Assembly: GCA_964236415.1 (NCBI GenBank)
Contig: CAXSEX010000001.1
Coordinates: 1 to 35,228, forward strand
DNA from: an uncultured Acetobacteraceae bacterium
GTDB lineage: Bacteria; Pseudomonadota; Alphaproteobacteria; Acetobacterales; Acetobacteraceae
Length of the DNA: 35,228 bases
Reading direction: 5' to 3'
Shown in pieces: positions 8,342 to 16,719 of the stretch (position 1 is the stretch's first letter; every line of letters starts with the position of its first letter). The notes under the pieces are model-generated. The model was not told the origin of the DNA, made no database searches, and was given only the letters and a program-made list of their open reading frames with translations. The position numbers and the translations under genes are program-made.

Positions 8342-9496
8342 TTACCGAGGCAGCGAGGCGTAGAGTTCGGCGGTCCGCCGGGCGATCTCCGGCCAGGTCG
8401 GAATGGATGCCGTGAGCGCCGTAACGCCCGCCGCGCAGGCGGTGGCGAACCCGCGGTCCGCGACGAAGCGCGCCATGGCGGCGGACAGCGCCCCCACGTC
8501 CTCGGGCGGAACCAGGAACCCGTGCTTGCCGTCCTGAACCGCCTCGATGAAGCCGCCGAGGCGCGACGCGAGGATCGGGCGGCCGAAGGTGATGGCAAGG
8601 CTCAGCACGCCGCTCGCCTCGATCTCGCGGTAAGGAAAGCAGGCGACGACGCCGGGCGCGAAGATGCCGCCCACCTCCGCGTCATCCACGAAGCGCGGCT
8701 CGATGGCCACCCGGTCGGCGACGCCCCGCTGCCGGGCCAGGTCATGCAGTGGGGCGAGGTCCATGTAGGGCTTGCCGATGATCCGCAGCCGCGCCTGCGC
8801 GCGCAGCGCCGGGTCCAGGCGCGCGAAGGCTTCGATCAGCAGGTCGGCGCCTTTGTAGGGCTTGATCTTGCCGAACAGCAGGAAGGTGATCTCCCCCTGC
8901 ATGGCGTCCGCGCCGACCTGCGCCGATGCGCGCCCGAGCAGGCCGTGCGGCATCACCGTGACCCGGCACTCCCCTTGCCCTTGGGCCAGCAGCCGGGCGC
9001 GGCCTTGCTCGGTGTGCACGATCAGGCGGTCGAAATCCGCGAAGGCCTTGTGGGCGCCCAGCCGTTGCAGGCCGCCGGTGGGGTTGCCGTTGAACGGGTT
9101 GGTGTCGTGCACGGTCAGCACCAGCGGGGCGACCGCGCGCAGGCGCCGGAGGAAGCGCCGGTCCACCACGGGGAGCGGCAGCCATTGGAAATGGATCACG
9201 TCCGGGCGCTCCCGCCGCAGGTGCCGCAGCAGCGCCTGCATCGACCAGGCATGGTCGAGGCCCTTGATGCCCAGCCGGAGCGCGCGGGGCAGGCGCGAAA
9301 GAGCCGGGGCGCCGGCGACCCGGTAGAAGCTGGCGCGCAGCGGCGCGCCCTCCGTCGCGTTGTCGTCCGGGCCGGGCGCGCGGCCGTGCAGCACGACATG
9401 GTGCCCTTCCGCCTGCAGCCCAGCCGCCAGCGCCGCGTCGTAGGGCAAGGTGAACAGCGACGGATCGACCAACGCCACCCGCATGGTTCGGCTCAC
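8342..9496 (-). CDS. Glycosyltransferase family 4 (GT-B)
   Basis: PDVIHFQW, LTVHD, FGKIKPYKGADLLIEAF, FPYREIEASGVL, ILASRLGGFIE. GTGA overlap with the upstream GT14 stop. Confidence 0.93.
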   Translation of the reverse strand: MSRTMRVALVDPSLFTLPYDAALAAGLQAEGHHVVLHGRAPGPDDNATEGAPLRASFYRVAGAPALSRLPRALRLGIKGLDHAWSMQALLRHLRRERPDVIHFQWLPLPVVDRRFLRRLRAVAPLVLTVHDTNPFNGNPTGGLQRLGAHKAFADFDRLIVHTEQGRARLLAQGQGECRVTVMPHGLLGRASAQVGADAMQGEITFLLFGKIKPYKGADLLIEAFARLDPALRAQARLRIIGKPYMDLAPLHDLARQRGVADRVAIEPRFVDDAEVGGIFAPGVVACFPYREIEASGVLSLAITFGRPILASRLGGFIEAVQDGKHGFLVPPEDVGALSAAMARFVADRGFATACAAGVTALTASIPTWPEIARRTAELYASLPR

Positions 9497-10410
9497 TGCA
9501 ACAGGGCTTCGTCGGGCACGGCGTCTACGCGCGACGGGAGCGGCAACCCGCTTAGGGGGTAGCCGAGTTGCCGGGCCAGTTGCGGCAGCACCTCGGGGTC
9601 GCGCTCGTGGTCAAACTTGCGTGAGAACAGGGCGGGGCTGGACAGCAGCCGGGGCAGGTCGTCCCGGGTCATCACCTTTGGGCCGGGAAAGACGATCTCC
9701 CGCCCGTAGTGCGGCGCCACCTTGTCGCGCCACGGGCCGTTGCGGACCAGCGCCTGCATGATCAGCTCGTCGGACAGCAGGAGGTGCCTGAGGTAGCGCC
9801 GGATGGGCTTGGCAATCGGCGCGCGCTGCTGCCATTCGCAGAAGGCGCGCGGCAGGATCGACCATTGCGAGCCTTTGAAGGCGAGTTCAAACCCGGCCGG
9901 CGGCGGACGCGGCCCTTTGAACCACACGGCGCGGTGCGGCAGCTCGACCATCGGGTGCCAGCGCAGGTGCCAGTCATCGGCCGGCAGCGTCGAGAAGTGC
10001 CGCAGCTCCACAAAGACTTGATCGGGATCTGCGGCAAGCGCCTGCCTGATCTGCTCCATCGGCTTGATTGGATAGCATTGCCCACTCAGATTGATGAAAT
10101 GCGACCATTCGGCAGAAGCCTTCAACGCGGTGGCGATGGCATGGAGCTGGATGCGCGCCAGGCTCCACCCTCCCCAGTTGGTGAAGCGGGGCTGCATGAG
10201 GATCAGGTTCGGATACTCGGCCGCCAGCGCCTTCGCCATCTGCCAGATGCCGCGGCGTTCGGCCTTGAGGCCCAGCATCGACTTGCGGTCGATGTGCAGG
10301 ATGATCGTGTCGCGACCGGGGCCGCCGGGCCGGGCCAAGGCTTCAACGAGCCAGCGCAGTTGCTGAGGCCGATGGTGGGCCAATATGAAATACGCTATTC
10401 CGGTATGCAT
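9493..10410 (-). CDS. GT14 / Core-2-I-branching family glycosyltransferase
   Basis: IAYFILAH, LHID, WGGWSL, HFINLSGQCYPIKP, KGSQW, SDE and LFSRKFD are the signature blocks of the Branch/GT14 family. Start placed at MHTGIAYF. Confidence 0.88.
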   Translation of the reverse strand: MHTGIAYFILAHHRPQQLRWLVEALARPGGPGRDTIILHIDRKSMLGLKAERRGIWQMAKALAAEYPNLILMQPRFTNWGGWSLARIQLHAIATALKASAEWSHFINLSGQCYPIKPMEQIRQALAADPDQVFVELRHFSTLPADDWHLRWHPMVELPHRAVWFKGPRPPPAGFELAFKGSQWSILPRAFCEWQQRAPIAKPIRRYLRHLLLSDELIMQALVRNGPWRDKVAPHYGREIVFPGPKVMTRDDLPRLLSSPALFSRKFDHERDPEVLPQLARQLGYPLSGLPLPSRVDAVPDEALLQ

Positions 10411-10467
10411 GGCTGCTAAATGGCACCGGCGCAACCCGGCCAAAAGTCACAACTGCTTCAAACCTCT

Positions 10468-10489
10468 CCGGACGGCCCGTGCCGTCCGG
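10468..10489. promoter_or_regulatory. Perfect inverted repeat in the divergent GT14/wzc intergenic region
   Basis: CCGGACGGC-ccgt-GCCGTCCGG, 9-bp stem with a 4-nt loop. Function not determined. Confidence 0.4.
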
Positions 10490-10562
10490 CGCGTTGCTGT
10501 GTTGCATCACCCGTAAGCTTGGCCGGCCGGCGCTTGCCGGTTCGCAGGAAAGGACACTAGGC

Positions 10563-12746
10563 ATGTCGGAGCTTGCGCTCCTCGACGAGCGGTTTGAGAA
10601 AACGCCTCCGGCGGCCGACGAGTCGGTCATCTCCCCGGCGCAACTCCTGGCGACGCTCCGCCGCAACTGGCCCTTGATCCTGCTTTTCGGCCTGCTGTTC
10701 GGCGCGGCCGGGTATGCCTACACCGTCACCTCGGTGCCCAGGCAGTTCACGACGGCGGGAACCCTCTCGATCGACATGGAACGCTTCACTGTCCCGGTGC
10801 TGCAAGGGGCGCTCAGCGGCGAGGGGCTGGCGGACCCGATGCCGCAGGTCCGCAGCGAGGTGCAGATCCTGATGTCGCGCTCCCTGCTGCAGAAAGTCGC
10901 GGACGATTTGCACCTGATCGACGACCCGGAGTTCAATGCCGCGCTGCGCCCGTTGCCGTGGGGCGAGCAGGTGAAACGGTCCATCTCGGGCGCGCTGCCG
11001 GGAGCCGTGGCCCAGCCGCTGATCGGCGTGGGCCTGCTGCCCGACGTGTCCAAGCCCATCGAGCCGCCGCCGGCAGCGGTGCAAAGGGATGGCGTCATCG
11101 GCAGCATCGCGCAACGCCTCAGCATCATCAACGACAACCGCAGCCTGATCGTGCTGGTCCAGTTCACGTCAGGCGACCCGAACATGGCCGCCGCCGTGGT
11201 GAACAGCGTCATCAAGAACTACACGGCGGACAAGGCGCAAGGGCGCAGCTCCGCCAACAGCGACGCCAACTCCGAGCTGTCCCGGCGGGTTGTGGAAGCG
11301 CGGAAGGAAATCAGCGACCTAGAGGGCAAGATCGCCGGGACGCGGGAAAAGTACAACCTGGTGCAGACCCGGGCCGGCAGCGTCAGCCAGCAGCAGCTTG
11401 AGGACCTGTCCAGCGCCCTGACCCATGCCAGCGCCGAGCGCGCGCAGGCGGTGGCGAACGTCCAGCGGGCCGGCGCGATTGCCCGGAGCGGCATCGTGTC
11501 GAACGACAACGTCGCGGTGCTCGGCTCCAGCACCATCAGCGGCTTGCGGGACAAGGAAGCGGCGGCGGACCGCAAGCTTTCGCAGCTTTCGACGACGCTG
11601 GGCCAAGGCCATCCGCAGATCGGCGCGGCACAGGCCGAGCTTGCTTCCGTGCGCCGTGCGCTCGCGGCGGAAACGCAGCGGGTCATGGCCTCGCTCGGCG
11701 CACAGGCTGACTCGGCGCGGGCGCGCGAGGCCGATCTGAAGAGCCAGCTTGAGACCGCGCAGAAGAATGCCGGCGGCCTCGCCGCGGTGCAATCGGAGTT
11801 GCAACAGCTTGAGCGGGATGCGGAGTCGCGTCGCAACGTCCTGCAAACGCTGCTGCAAGGCGAGGCGCAAACCGCGTCCCGCAAGATCGGGCCTGAGCAA
11901 AGCGGCGTGCGTGTGGTCAGCCTGGCCGTGGCGCCGTCGTTCCCGTCCAGCCCTAAGCCGAAGATCGCCGCGCTGCTGGGCATGCTGAGCGGCTGCGCCT
12001 TCGGCGGGCTGCTCTCGCTGGCGCGGGGACGCAGCGACAAGGGCTTCGCCGGGCCGAACGAGGTCAAGAGCGCCTTGGGCTTCACGCCGCTCGGCACCGT
12101 GCCGCGCCCCGCGAACGGGGTATCCCTGGCGGAGCGCGTCGCCTCCGACCCGAGCGGGCCGGAGGCGGAAGCCCTGCGCTCGTTGCGCACCCGTCTGCGG
12201 TTCTCCGGGCGCGGCTCGGTGCCGCGCAGCGTGCTGTTCGTGTCCAGCCTTGCCGGAGAGGGTGCGGCCGAGTTCACTGCGGCGTTCGCCCGCGTGGCTG
12301 CCATTGACGGACTTCGGGTCCTGCTGCTTGAGGGCGACCTGCGGGAGCCTTCGCTCGCCCGCGTCCTCAAGGTCCCACCCTCCAACGGCCTGATCGAGAC
12401 GCTTCAGGGCAGCGAGCACTGGCAGGAGCAGGTGCAGCAGGACGGGCGCACGTCGCTCGACCACCTGCTCGTCGCCGGGCCGCAGCCCGCGGCGAACCAG
12501 CTTCTGGACTCGATGCAGCTGCAGAACCTGATCGCCGAGGCGCGCGACGAGTACAACCTCGTGGTCATGGACAGCCAGCCGATCGGCAGCGCCACGCAAA
12601 GCATGGTGCTGGCGCACATCGTCGATACCGTTGTCCTCGTCGTCGGCGCCAAGCGTTCCCGGCGGGCGGCGGTGCGTGAGGCGATGCACACTCTGGCCGT
12701 CGCATCGCGCAAGCCGGTCGTGGTGGCGCTCAACATGGCGGCGTGA
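10563..12746 (+). CDS. wzc: Wzc/GumC-like polysaccharide co-polymerase (PCP-2) with a degenerate tyrosine-kinase domain
   Basis: AGGA upstream of MSELALL. N-terminal TM, SEVQILMSRSL, a long coiled-coil periplasmic region, PSFPSSPKP plus a second TM, EALRSLRTRL, then a kinase-like domain (SSLAGEGAA, LLLEGDLREP, VVMDSQP). Confidence 0.92.
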   Translation: MSELALLDERFEKTPPAADESVISPAQLLATLRRNWPLILLFGLLFGAAGYAYTVTSVPRQFTTAGTLSIDMERFTVPVLQGALSGEGLADPMPQVRSEVQILMSRSLLQKVADDLHLIDDPEFNAALRPLPWGEQVKRSISGALPGAVAQPLIGVGLLPDVSKPIEPPPAAVQRDGVIGSIAQRLSIINDNRSLIVLVQFTSGDPNMAAAVVNSVIKNYTADKAQGRSSANSDANSELSRRVVEARKEISDLEGKIAGTREKYNLVQTRAGSVSQQQLEDLSSALTHASAERAQAVANVQRAGAIARSGIVSNDNVAVLGSSTISGLRDKEAAADRKLSQLSTTLGQGHPQIGAAQAELASVRRALAAETQRVMASLGAQADSARAREADLKSQLETAQKNAGGLAAVQSELQQLERDAESRRNVLQTLLQGEAQTASRKIGPEQSGVRVVSLAVAPSFPSSPKPKIAALLGMLSGCAFGGLLSLARGRSDKGFAGPNEVKSALGFTPLGTVPRPANGVSLAERVASDPSGPEAEALRSLRTRLRFSGRGSVPRSVLFVSSLAGEGAAEFTAAFARVAAIDGLRVLLLEGDLREPSLARVLKVPPSNGLIETLQGSEHWQEQVQQDGRTSLDHLLVAGPQPAANQLLDSMQLQNLIAEARDEYNLVVMDSQPIGSATQSMVLAHIVDTVVLVVGAKRSRRAAVREAMHTLAVASRKPVVVALNMAA

Positions 12747-12748
12747 CC

Positions 12749-12789
12749 GGGAGGGGCTTGGCGCTGGGTTCACGGGCCAGGCCCCTCCC
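12749..12789. terminator. GC-rich hairpin between the convergent wzc and GT2 genes; probable bidirectional terminator
   Basis: GGGAGGGGCTTGGC (12749-12762) pairs with GCCAGGCCCCTCCC (12776-12789): 14-bp stem with one G-U, starting 2 nt after the wzc stop. No clear U-tract. Confidence 0.55.
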
Positions 12790-12828
12790 CCCAAGCAGCA
12801 ATGACGGTTCCGTGCGGGCTGCCGGTCG

Positions 12829-13980
12829 TCAGCCGCGGGCGGAGGCGGGGGGGGTCCAAATCTGGAACCGCTCGCCGCGCATGGATTGGGCAACGCCCAG
12901 TCCGGTCGCCACGAACGCCGCAGCGATGCCGACGAGCTTGCCAAGCGGCCCGGCGGGACGCAGCCGGGCGGCGACCAGGAGCGCCGCTCCAGCCAGAACG
13001 CACAGCAGCAGCACTACCCACGCGCCAAGCGCCGCCAGCCCCGCTGCGAAACACAGCACGGCCGCTGCCAGGAGGTAGGCTGCGAACCAGCGCAGCAGCT
13101 TGTGCGAGACGTACTTGTATCGGTCGAACAACGGAAGCCTGGCCAAGTCGGCGCGCAGCAGGCGATGCACGTTGAACGCCTGGCAGGCGATGCGGACCTT
13201 GCGCCGGAACTCGTCGCCGGCATGCGTCGCCGCTTCCTCATAGGCCAGCGCATCGCTGGCCCGCACGACCCGGTGGCCGCCGCAAAGGATCGACAGGGAC
13301 ACGTACATGTCGTCGATGATGTCGGGCGGCGGCGGGCGGTGCAGAGCGCGCCGGATCGCGAAGATCGACCCGTCCGCGCCCATCGTCGATCCGCTGCGCG
13401 ACTCAAGCTCCTTGATGACCTCCTCCAGCCGCCAATACAGCGAACCCGTCACCGCCGTGGCGCTGTCGTTGGCCCGGGTGTAGATAAGGTGGCCGCACAC
13501 GCACCCGACCTGCGGGTCGTCGAAGCGCCGCAGCAGCCGGGGGATGGCGTCGGGCGCGAACATGACGTTCGCGTCGGAGAACACCAGGATGTCGGCATCG
13601 GTTTCCCCGACGATCGTGTTCATCCCGTGGGTTTTGCCGTGCCGTGTCGGTGAGACGATGACGGTGATCTCGCCCTCGTAGCCCCGCAGGATCTCGGCCG
13701 TGCGGTCCGACGACGCATCGACGTAGATCAGCAGCTCAAGGCCGGGCACCGCCTCGCGCATGCTGACCATGTTGTCGGCCTTGGCGCGGATCACCTTCTC
13801 CTCGTTGTAGGCGCAGACGCACAGCGCCACGCAAGGGCTTGGCTGCGCCGGGCGCGGCGTTGAAACCGGCCGGGACCGAAGCCGGTCAAGCAGCACAAGG
13901 CTCAACGGGTAGGTAGTGAAGGGATGCACGCCGGTTGCCGCGAAAACGCAACCGCCGGCAAGCAATAGCTGACCTAGCAG
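12829..13980 (-). CDS. Glycosyltransferase family 2, membrane-anchored (N- and C-terminal TM segments)
   Basis: CAYNEE, DASSDRT, GKTHGMN, LVFSDAN, GADGSIFAIRR, IDD, EFRRKVRI. Start is uncertain: CTG at 13980 lies 7 nt after AGGAG, and there is a TTG 15 nt further in. Confidence 0.9.
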   Translation of the reverse strand: MLGQLLLAGGCVFAATGVHPFTTYPLSLVLLDRLRSRPVSTPRPAQPSPCVALCVCAYNEEKVIRAKADNMVSMREAVPGLELLIYVDASSDRTAEILRGYEGEITVIVSPTRHGKTHGMNTIVGETDADILVFSDANVMFAPDAIPRLLRRFDDPQVGCVCGHLIYTRANDSATAVTGSLYWRLEEVIKELESRSGSTMGADGSIFAIRRALHRPPPPDIIDDMYVSLSILCGGHRVVRASDALAYEEAATHAGDEFRRKVRIACQAFNVHRLLRADLARLPLFDRYKYVSHKLLRWFAAYLLAAAVLCFAAGLAALGAWVVLLLCVLAGAALLVAARLRPAGPLGKLVGIAAAFVATGLGVAQSMRGERFQIWTPPASARG

Positions 13981-13999
13981 GATAGGACTCCTGGATGAC

Positions 14000-15271
14000 T
14001 TACAGGCGGCATGGCTGAGCCACGGCACCGCGCCAAGACGCCCCGGCCCCTCCCGGAACCGGCCGGCGCGCGGCGGCTGCTTCCAATACCGCCTCATATT
14101 CTGCGGTGATGCGAGAGGGCATGAAATTTGCGGCGGCTTTGCGGCATTCCGCAAACACCAGTCCGCGATCCCAGGATGCGCTGATCAGCGCGGACAGGCT
14201 TGCGAACACTGCCTCCGCGTCGGTTCCCGCGATGAGGAAGCCGTTGCGGCCATGCTCCACCACCTCCGAAAGCCCGCCCAGCGGGGTCGCCAGGCTTGGC
14301 ACGCCGTAGGCCAGGGCTTCGTGGTACACGCGGGGGAACGGGTCTTCCCAAACCGAGGGGATCACCAGCAGGTCGATGGAGGGGAAGAACGCCGACGGCG
14401 CGGCGTGGCCGAGGAAGCTGATGCCTGCCGCCCCCGCCGCCCGCGCGTGCAGCGCCGCGGCGTAGTCCGGCTTTCCCGTTCCGGCGATGCTGAGGGAGGC
14501 CGTGCCCTCCGGCAAGCGGCGGACGGCATCGATCAGGTTCTCCAAGCCCTTGGATGGGTCGAGCCGTCCCATGAATCCCAGGCGGAGCGGCGTGCGGGGG
14601 ACCGGCGGCGCGGCGTCGGGCAGCGCGTCCGCCGCGTTGTTGCCGCGGATGATGCGGATGGGCTGCTGTCCGGCCGCCGCGCGGGAAAAGGCGCCGGCCG
14701 CAGTCAGGCGGTCGAACACCCGGTTGCTGACGCAGGTCACTATGTCCGGCACCCCCGACATGGCCCGGCGCGGCCGGCTGAAGACCCGGCACTCCGCGCA
14801 AAGCGACGCGCAATTGCCCCGGCCGGGCCGCCACATGGCGCTGCGCGGGCAGGCCGTGTAGTAGTCGTGCAGCGTTTGCACGATGGGGATGCCCAAGCCC
14901 TGCGCCGCCGCCCACGCCGAAGCCGAGAAGCCCTGGAGATTATGGAAATTCACGACATCAGGGGACAGGCGGCGCAACAAGCGGGCGAGCCGCCGCTTCA
15001 TCAGGGGATTGTATGCCTCTATTGTTTGAAACATGACTCGCCATGGCAAGGTTTTACTTGCGCCATGCGGCCAAAAGACATTCGCAAGCGGAACGTAATG
15101 CACGGGGATGCCGTCGATCTCGCGCACCTCGGCCCGCCACCCCGGGGTGAGCGTCACCACATTGCAATCGTGGCCGCGGCCCATCATCTGTGCAGCCAGC
15201 AGGCGAAGCGTCGTCTCGGCCCCCGCTGCGCCATAGGGGGGGTAGAGCGTGTTCAGAAACGTCAGGCGCAC
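14000..15271 (-). CDS. Glycosyltransferase family 4 (GT-B)
   Basis: GGAGGT RBS before GTG (VRLTFLNTLYPP..GAE). Motifs PDVVNFHN, TLHDYY, FMGRLDPSKGL, PSVWEDPFPRVYHEALAYGVP. Confidence 0.93.
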   Translation of the reverse strand: MRLTFLNTLYPPYGAAGAETTLRLLAAQMMGRGHDCNVVTLTPGWRAEVREIDGIPVHYVPLANVFWPHGASKTLPWRVMFQTIEAYNPLMKRRLARLLRRLSPDVVNFHNLQGFSASAWAAAQGLGIPIVQTLHDYYTACPRSAMWRPGRGNCASLCAECRVFSRPRRAMSGVPDIVTCVSNRVFDRLTAAGAFSRAAAGQQPIRIIRGNNAADALPDAAPPVPRTPLRLGFMGRLDPSKGLENLIDAVRRLPEGTASLSIAGTGKPDYAAALHARAAGAAGISFLGHAAPSAFFPSIDLLVIPSVWEDPFPRVYHEALAYGVPSLATPLGGLSEVVEHGRNGFLIAGTDAEAVFASLSALISASWDRGLVFAECRKAAANFMPSRITAEYEAVLEAAAARRPVPGGAGASWRGAVAQPCRL

Positions 15272-15372
15272 AGAGTACCTCCCAGGAGTCACGCGAACGT
15301 GTTGCTTGAAGCCCGCCCGATGTCTCGACGGTTTGCGTTGCGTTGCAGCATCCAGGTGATTTACTTCCACTC

Positions 15373-16695
15373 ATGAGTTTCGTCACGCGCATGCTCCGCC
15401 GTTCGCCGCGTTCTGCGCCGGAGGTTGCCCTGTCCCCGGCCCGGCACAACACGGCGCCCCGTCTCAGCATGCCCCCACGTCCGGGCGCTCCGCGTCCTGG
15501 CGGCCCCTTGCCCACCGATATCACGCCCTTACCCTCTCAGCAGCACGCGCTGCGCGAGGTGTTCACGCCGACGCGCCCGCAGCGCAGTTCGCGCCGGGTC
15601 AGCGGACGGCAAACGGAACTGCTGCGGATTTTCCGCGCAATCGCGCTGGACCGCGCGCATGTCGTGCTATACGGCGAGCGCGGCCGCGGCAAGACCTCCC
15701 TCGTGAACTTGGTGGCCTCGGCCGCCCGCAGTTCCGGCTACATGGTCGGCCGCTACACCTGCTCCTTCGACAGCTGCTTCGAGGACATCGTGCGCGGTCT
15801 GGTGCGCGACTTGCCGAAGTCGATGCTGGCAGCGCCTATCATCCAGGATGATGAGCTTGAAGGGTGCGAGGCGGCGTTGCCGCGCGCCCGGGTCCAGCCG
15901 CGCGACGTTGCAGCCTTGCCCGGCCGCCTCGCGGGGCGTCACGTGGTTCTGATCGCCGACGAGTTCGACCGCGTGGAGGATGGGGCGACGCGGACCTGGT
16001 TTGCCGACGCGATTAAGCAGGCCTCCGACCGCGGCGCAGCCCTGAGCTTCATCATCGTCGGCGTGTCCGACAGCCTTGAGGAGTTGGTCGGGCGGCACCC
16101 GTCCATCCAGCGCAACATCCTCGGCCTCGCCCTGCCCCTGCTGTCCGACACGGAGATTGACGAAATCCTCGTGCAGGGCGGTCGGGACGCTGCGATCGAG
16201 TTCCTGCCGGAGGTGCGCAACGCCGTCGTGGACGTTGCCCGCGGCGTGCCCTACGTGGCGCAGCTTCTCGGCCTGCACGCGGGGACGGAGGCGATTGCAC
16301 GCACGTCGCCGGAAGTCGAGCCGCCGGACCTGCTGGCGGCCTTCCGCCGGGCGGTGGACGAGGCCGATCCCCGCGTCGCCGCGATCTACCAGGGGATCAC
16401 GGGAGGCGAGCGCGACCGCGGGATGCTCGAAAGCCTGCGGGCCATTGCCGGCGGGGAGCAGGACCGCTTCGCCCGCTTCATCGTGTCCGAGCATGAGGGC
16501 GCGCATTACATCGCGGATCACTGGCTGGAGCCGGGCGTGTGGGAGCGGCTGATGGACACCGGCACGGTGCGGGCCTGCCGGAGCATCGGCCCGGACTGCT
16601 TCGCCTTCTCCGAACCCATGCTGCAGCACTACATCCTCATGCGGGAGGCGCTCGACCGCGGGCTGCCGCTCCACAACGGGGGCGCATTCGGCTGA
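15373..16695 (+). CDS. Stand-alone AAA+ / P-loop ATPase (Orc1/Cdc6- or STAND-like)
   Basis: FTPTRP..SGRQTEL pre-Walker motif, Walker A GERGRGKTS (~15673-15699), Walker B VLIADEFD (~15945-15969), FIIVGV, HPSIQRN, GVPYVAQLLG. No TM or signal peptide. Confidence 0.88.
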   Translation: MSFVTRMLRRSPRSAPEVALSPARHNTAPRLSMPPRPGAPRPGGPLPTDITPLPSQQHALREVFTPTRPQRSSRRVSGRQTELLRIFRAIALDRAHVVLYGERGRGKTSLVNLVASAARSSGYMVGRYTCSFDSCFEDIVRGLVRDLPKSMLAAPIIQDDELEGCEAALPRARVQPRDVAALPGRLAGRHVVLIADEFDRVEDGATRTWFADAIKQASDRGAALSFIIVGVSDSLEELVGRHPSIQRNILGLALPLLSDTEIDEILVQGGRDAAIEFLPEVRNAVVDVARGVPYVAQLLGLHAGTEAIARTSPEVEPPDLLAAFRRAVDEADPRVAAIYQGITGGERDRGMLESLRAIAGGEQDRFARFIVSEHEGAHYIADHWLEPGVWERLMDTGTVRACRSIGPDCFAFSEPMLQHYILMREALDRGLPLHNGGAFG

Positions 16696-16719
16696 CAGCC
16701 GTGGCGCGGGGCCGCCCCG

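Noticed and set aside
15373-16695. AAA+ ATPase as an anti-phage STAND/Avs system or a replication initiator
   Set aside because: No effector, TPR or sensor domain, and no neighbouring defence or replication genes. The context is entirely polysaccharide biosynthesis, although this cannot be fully excluded without searches.
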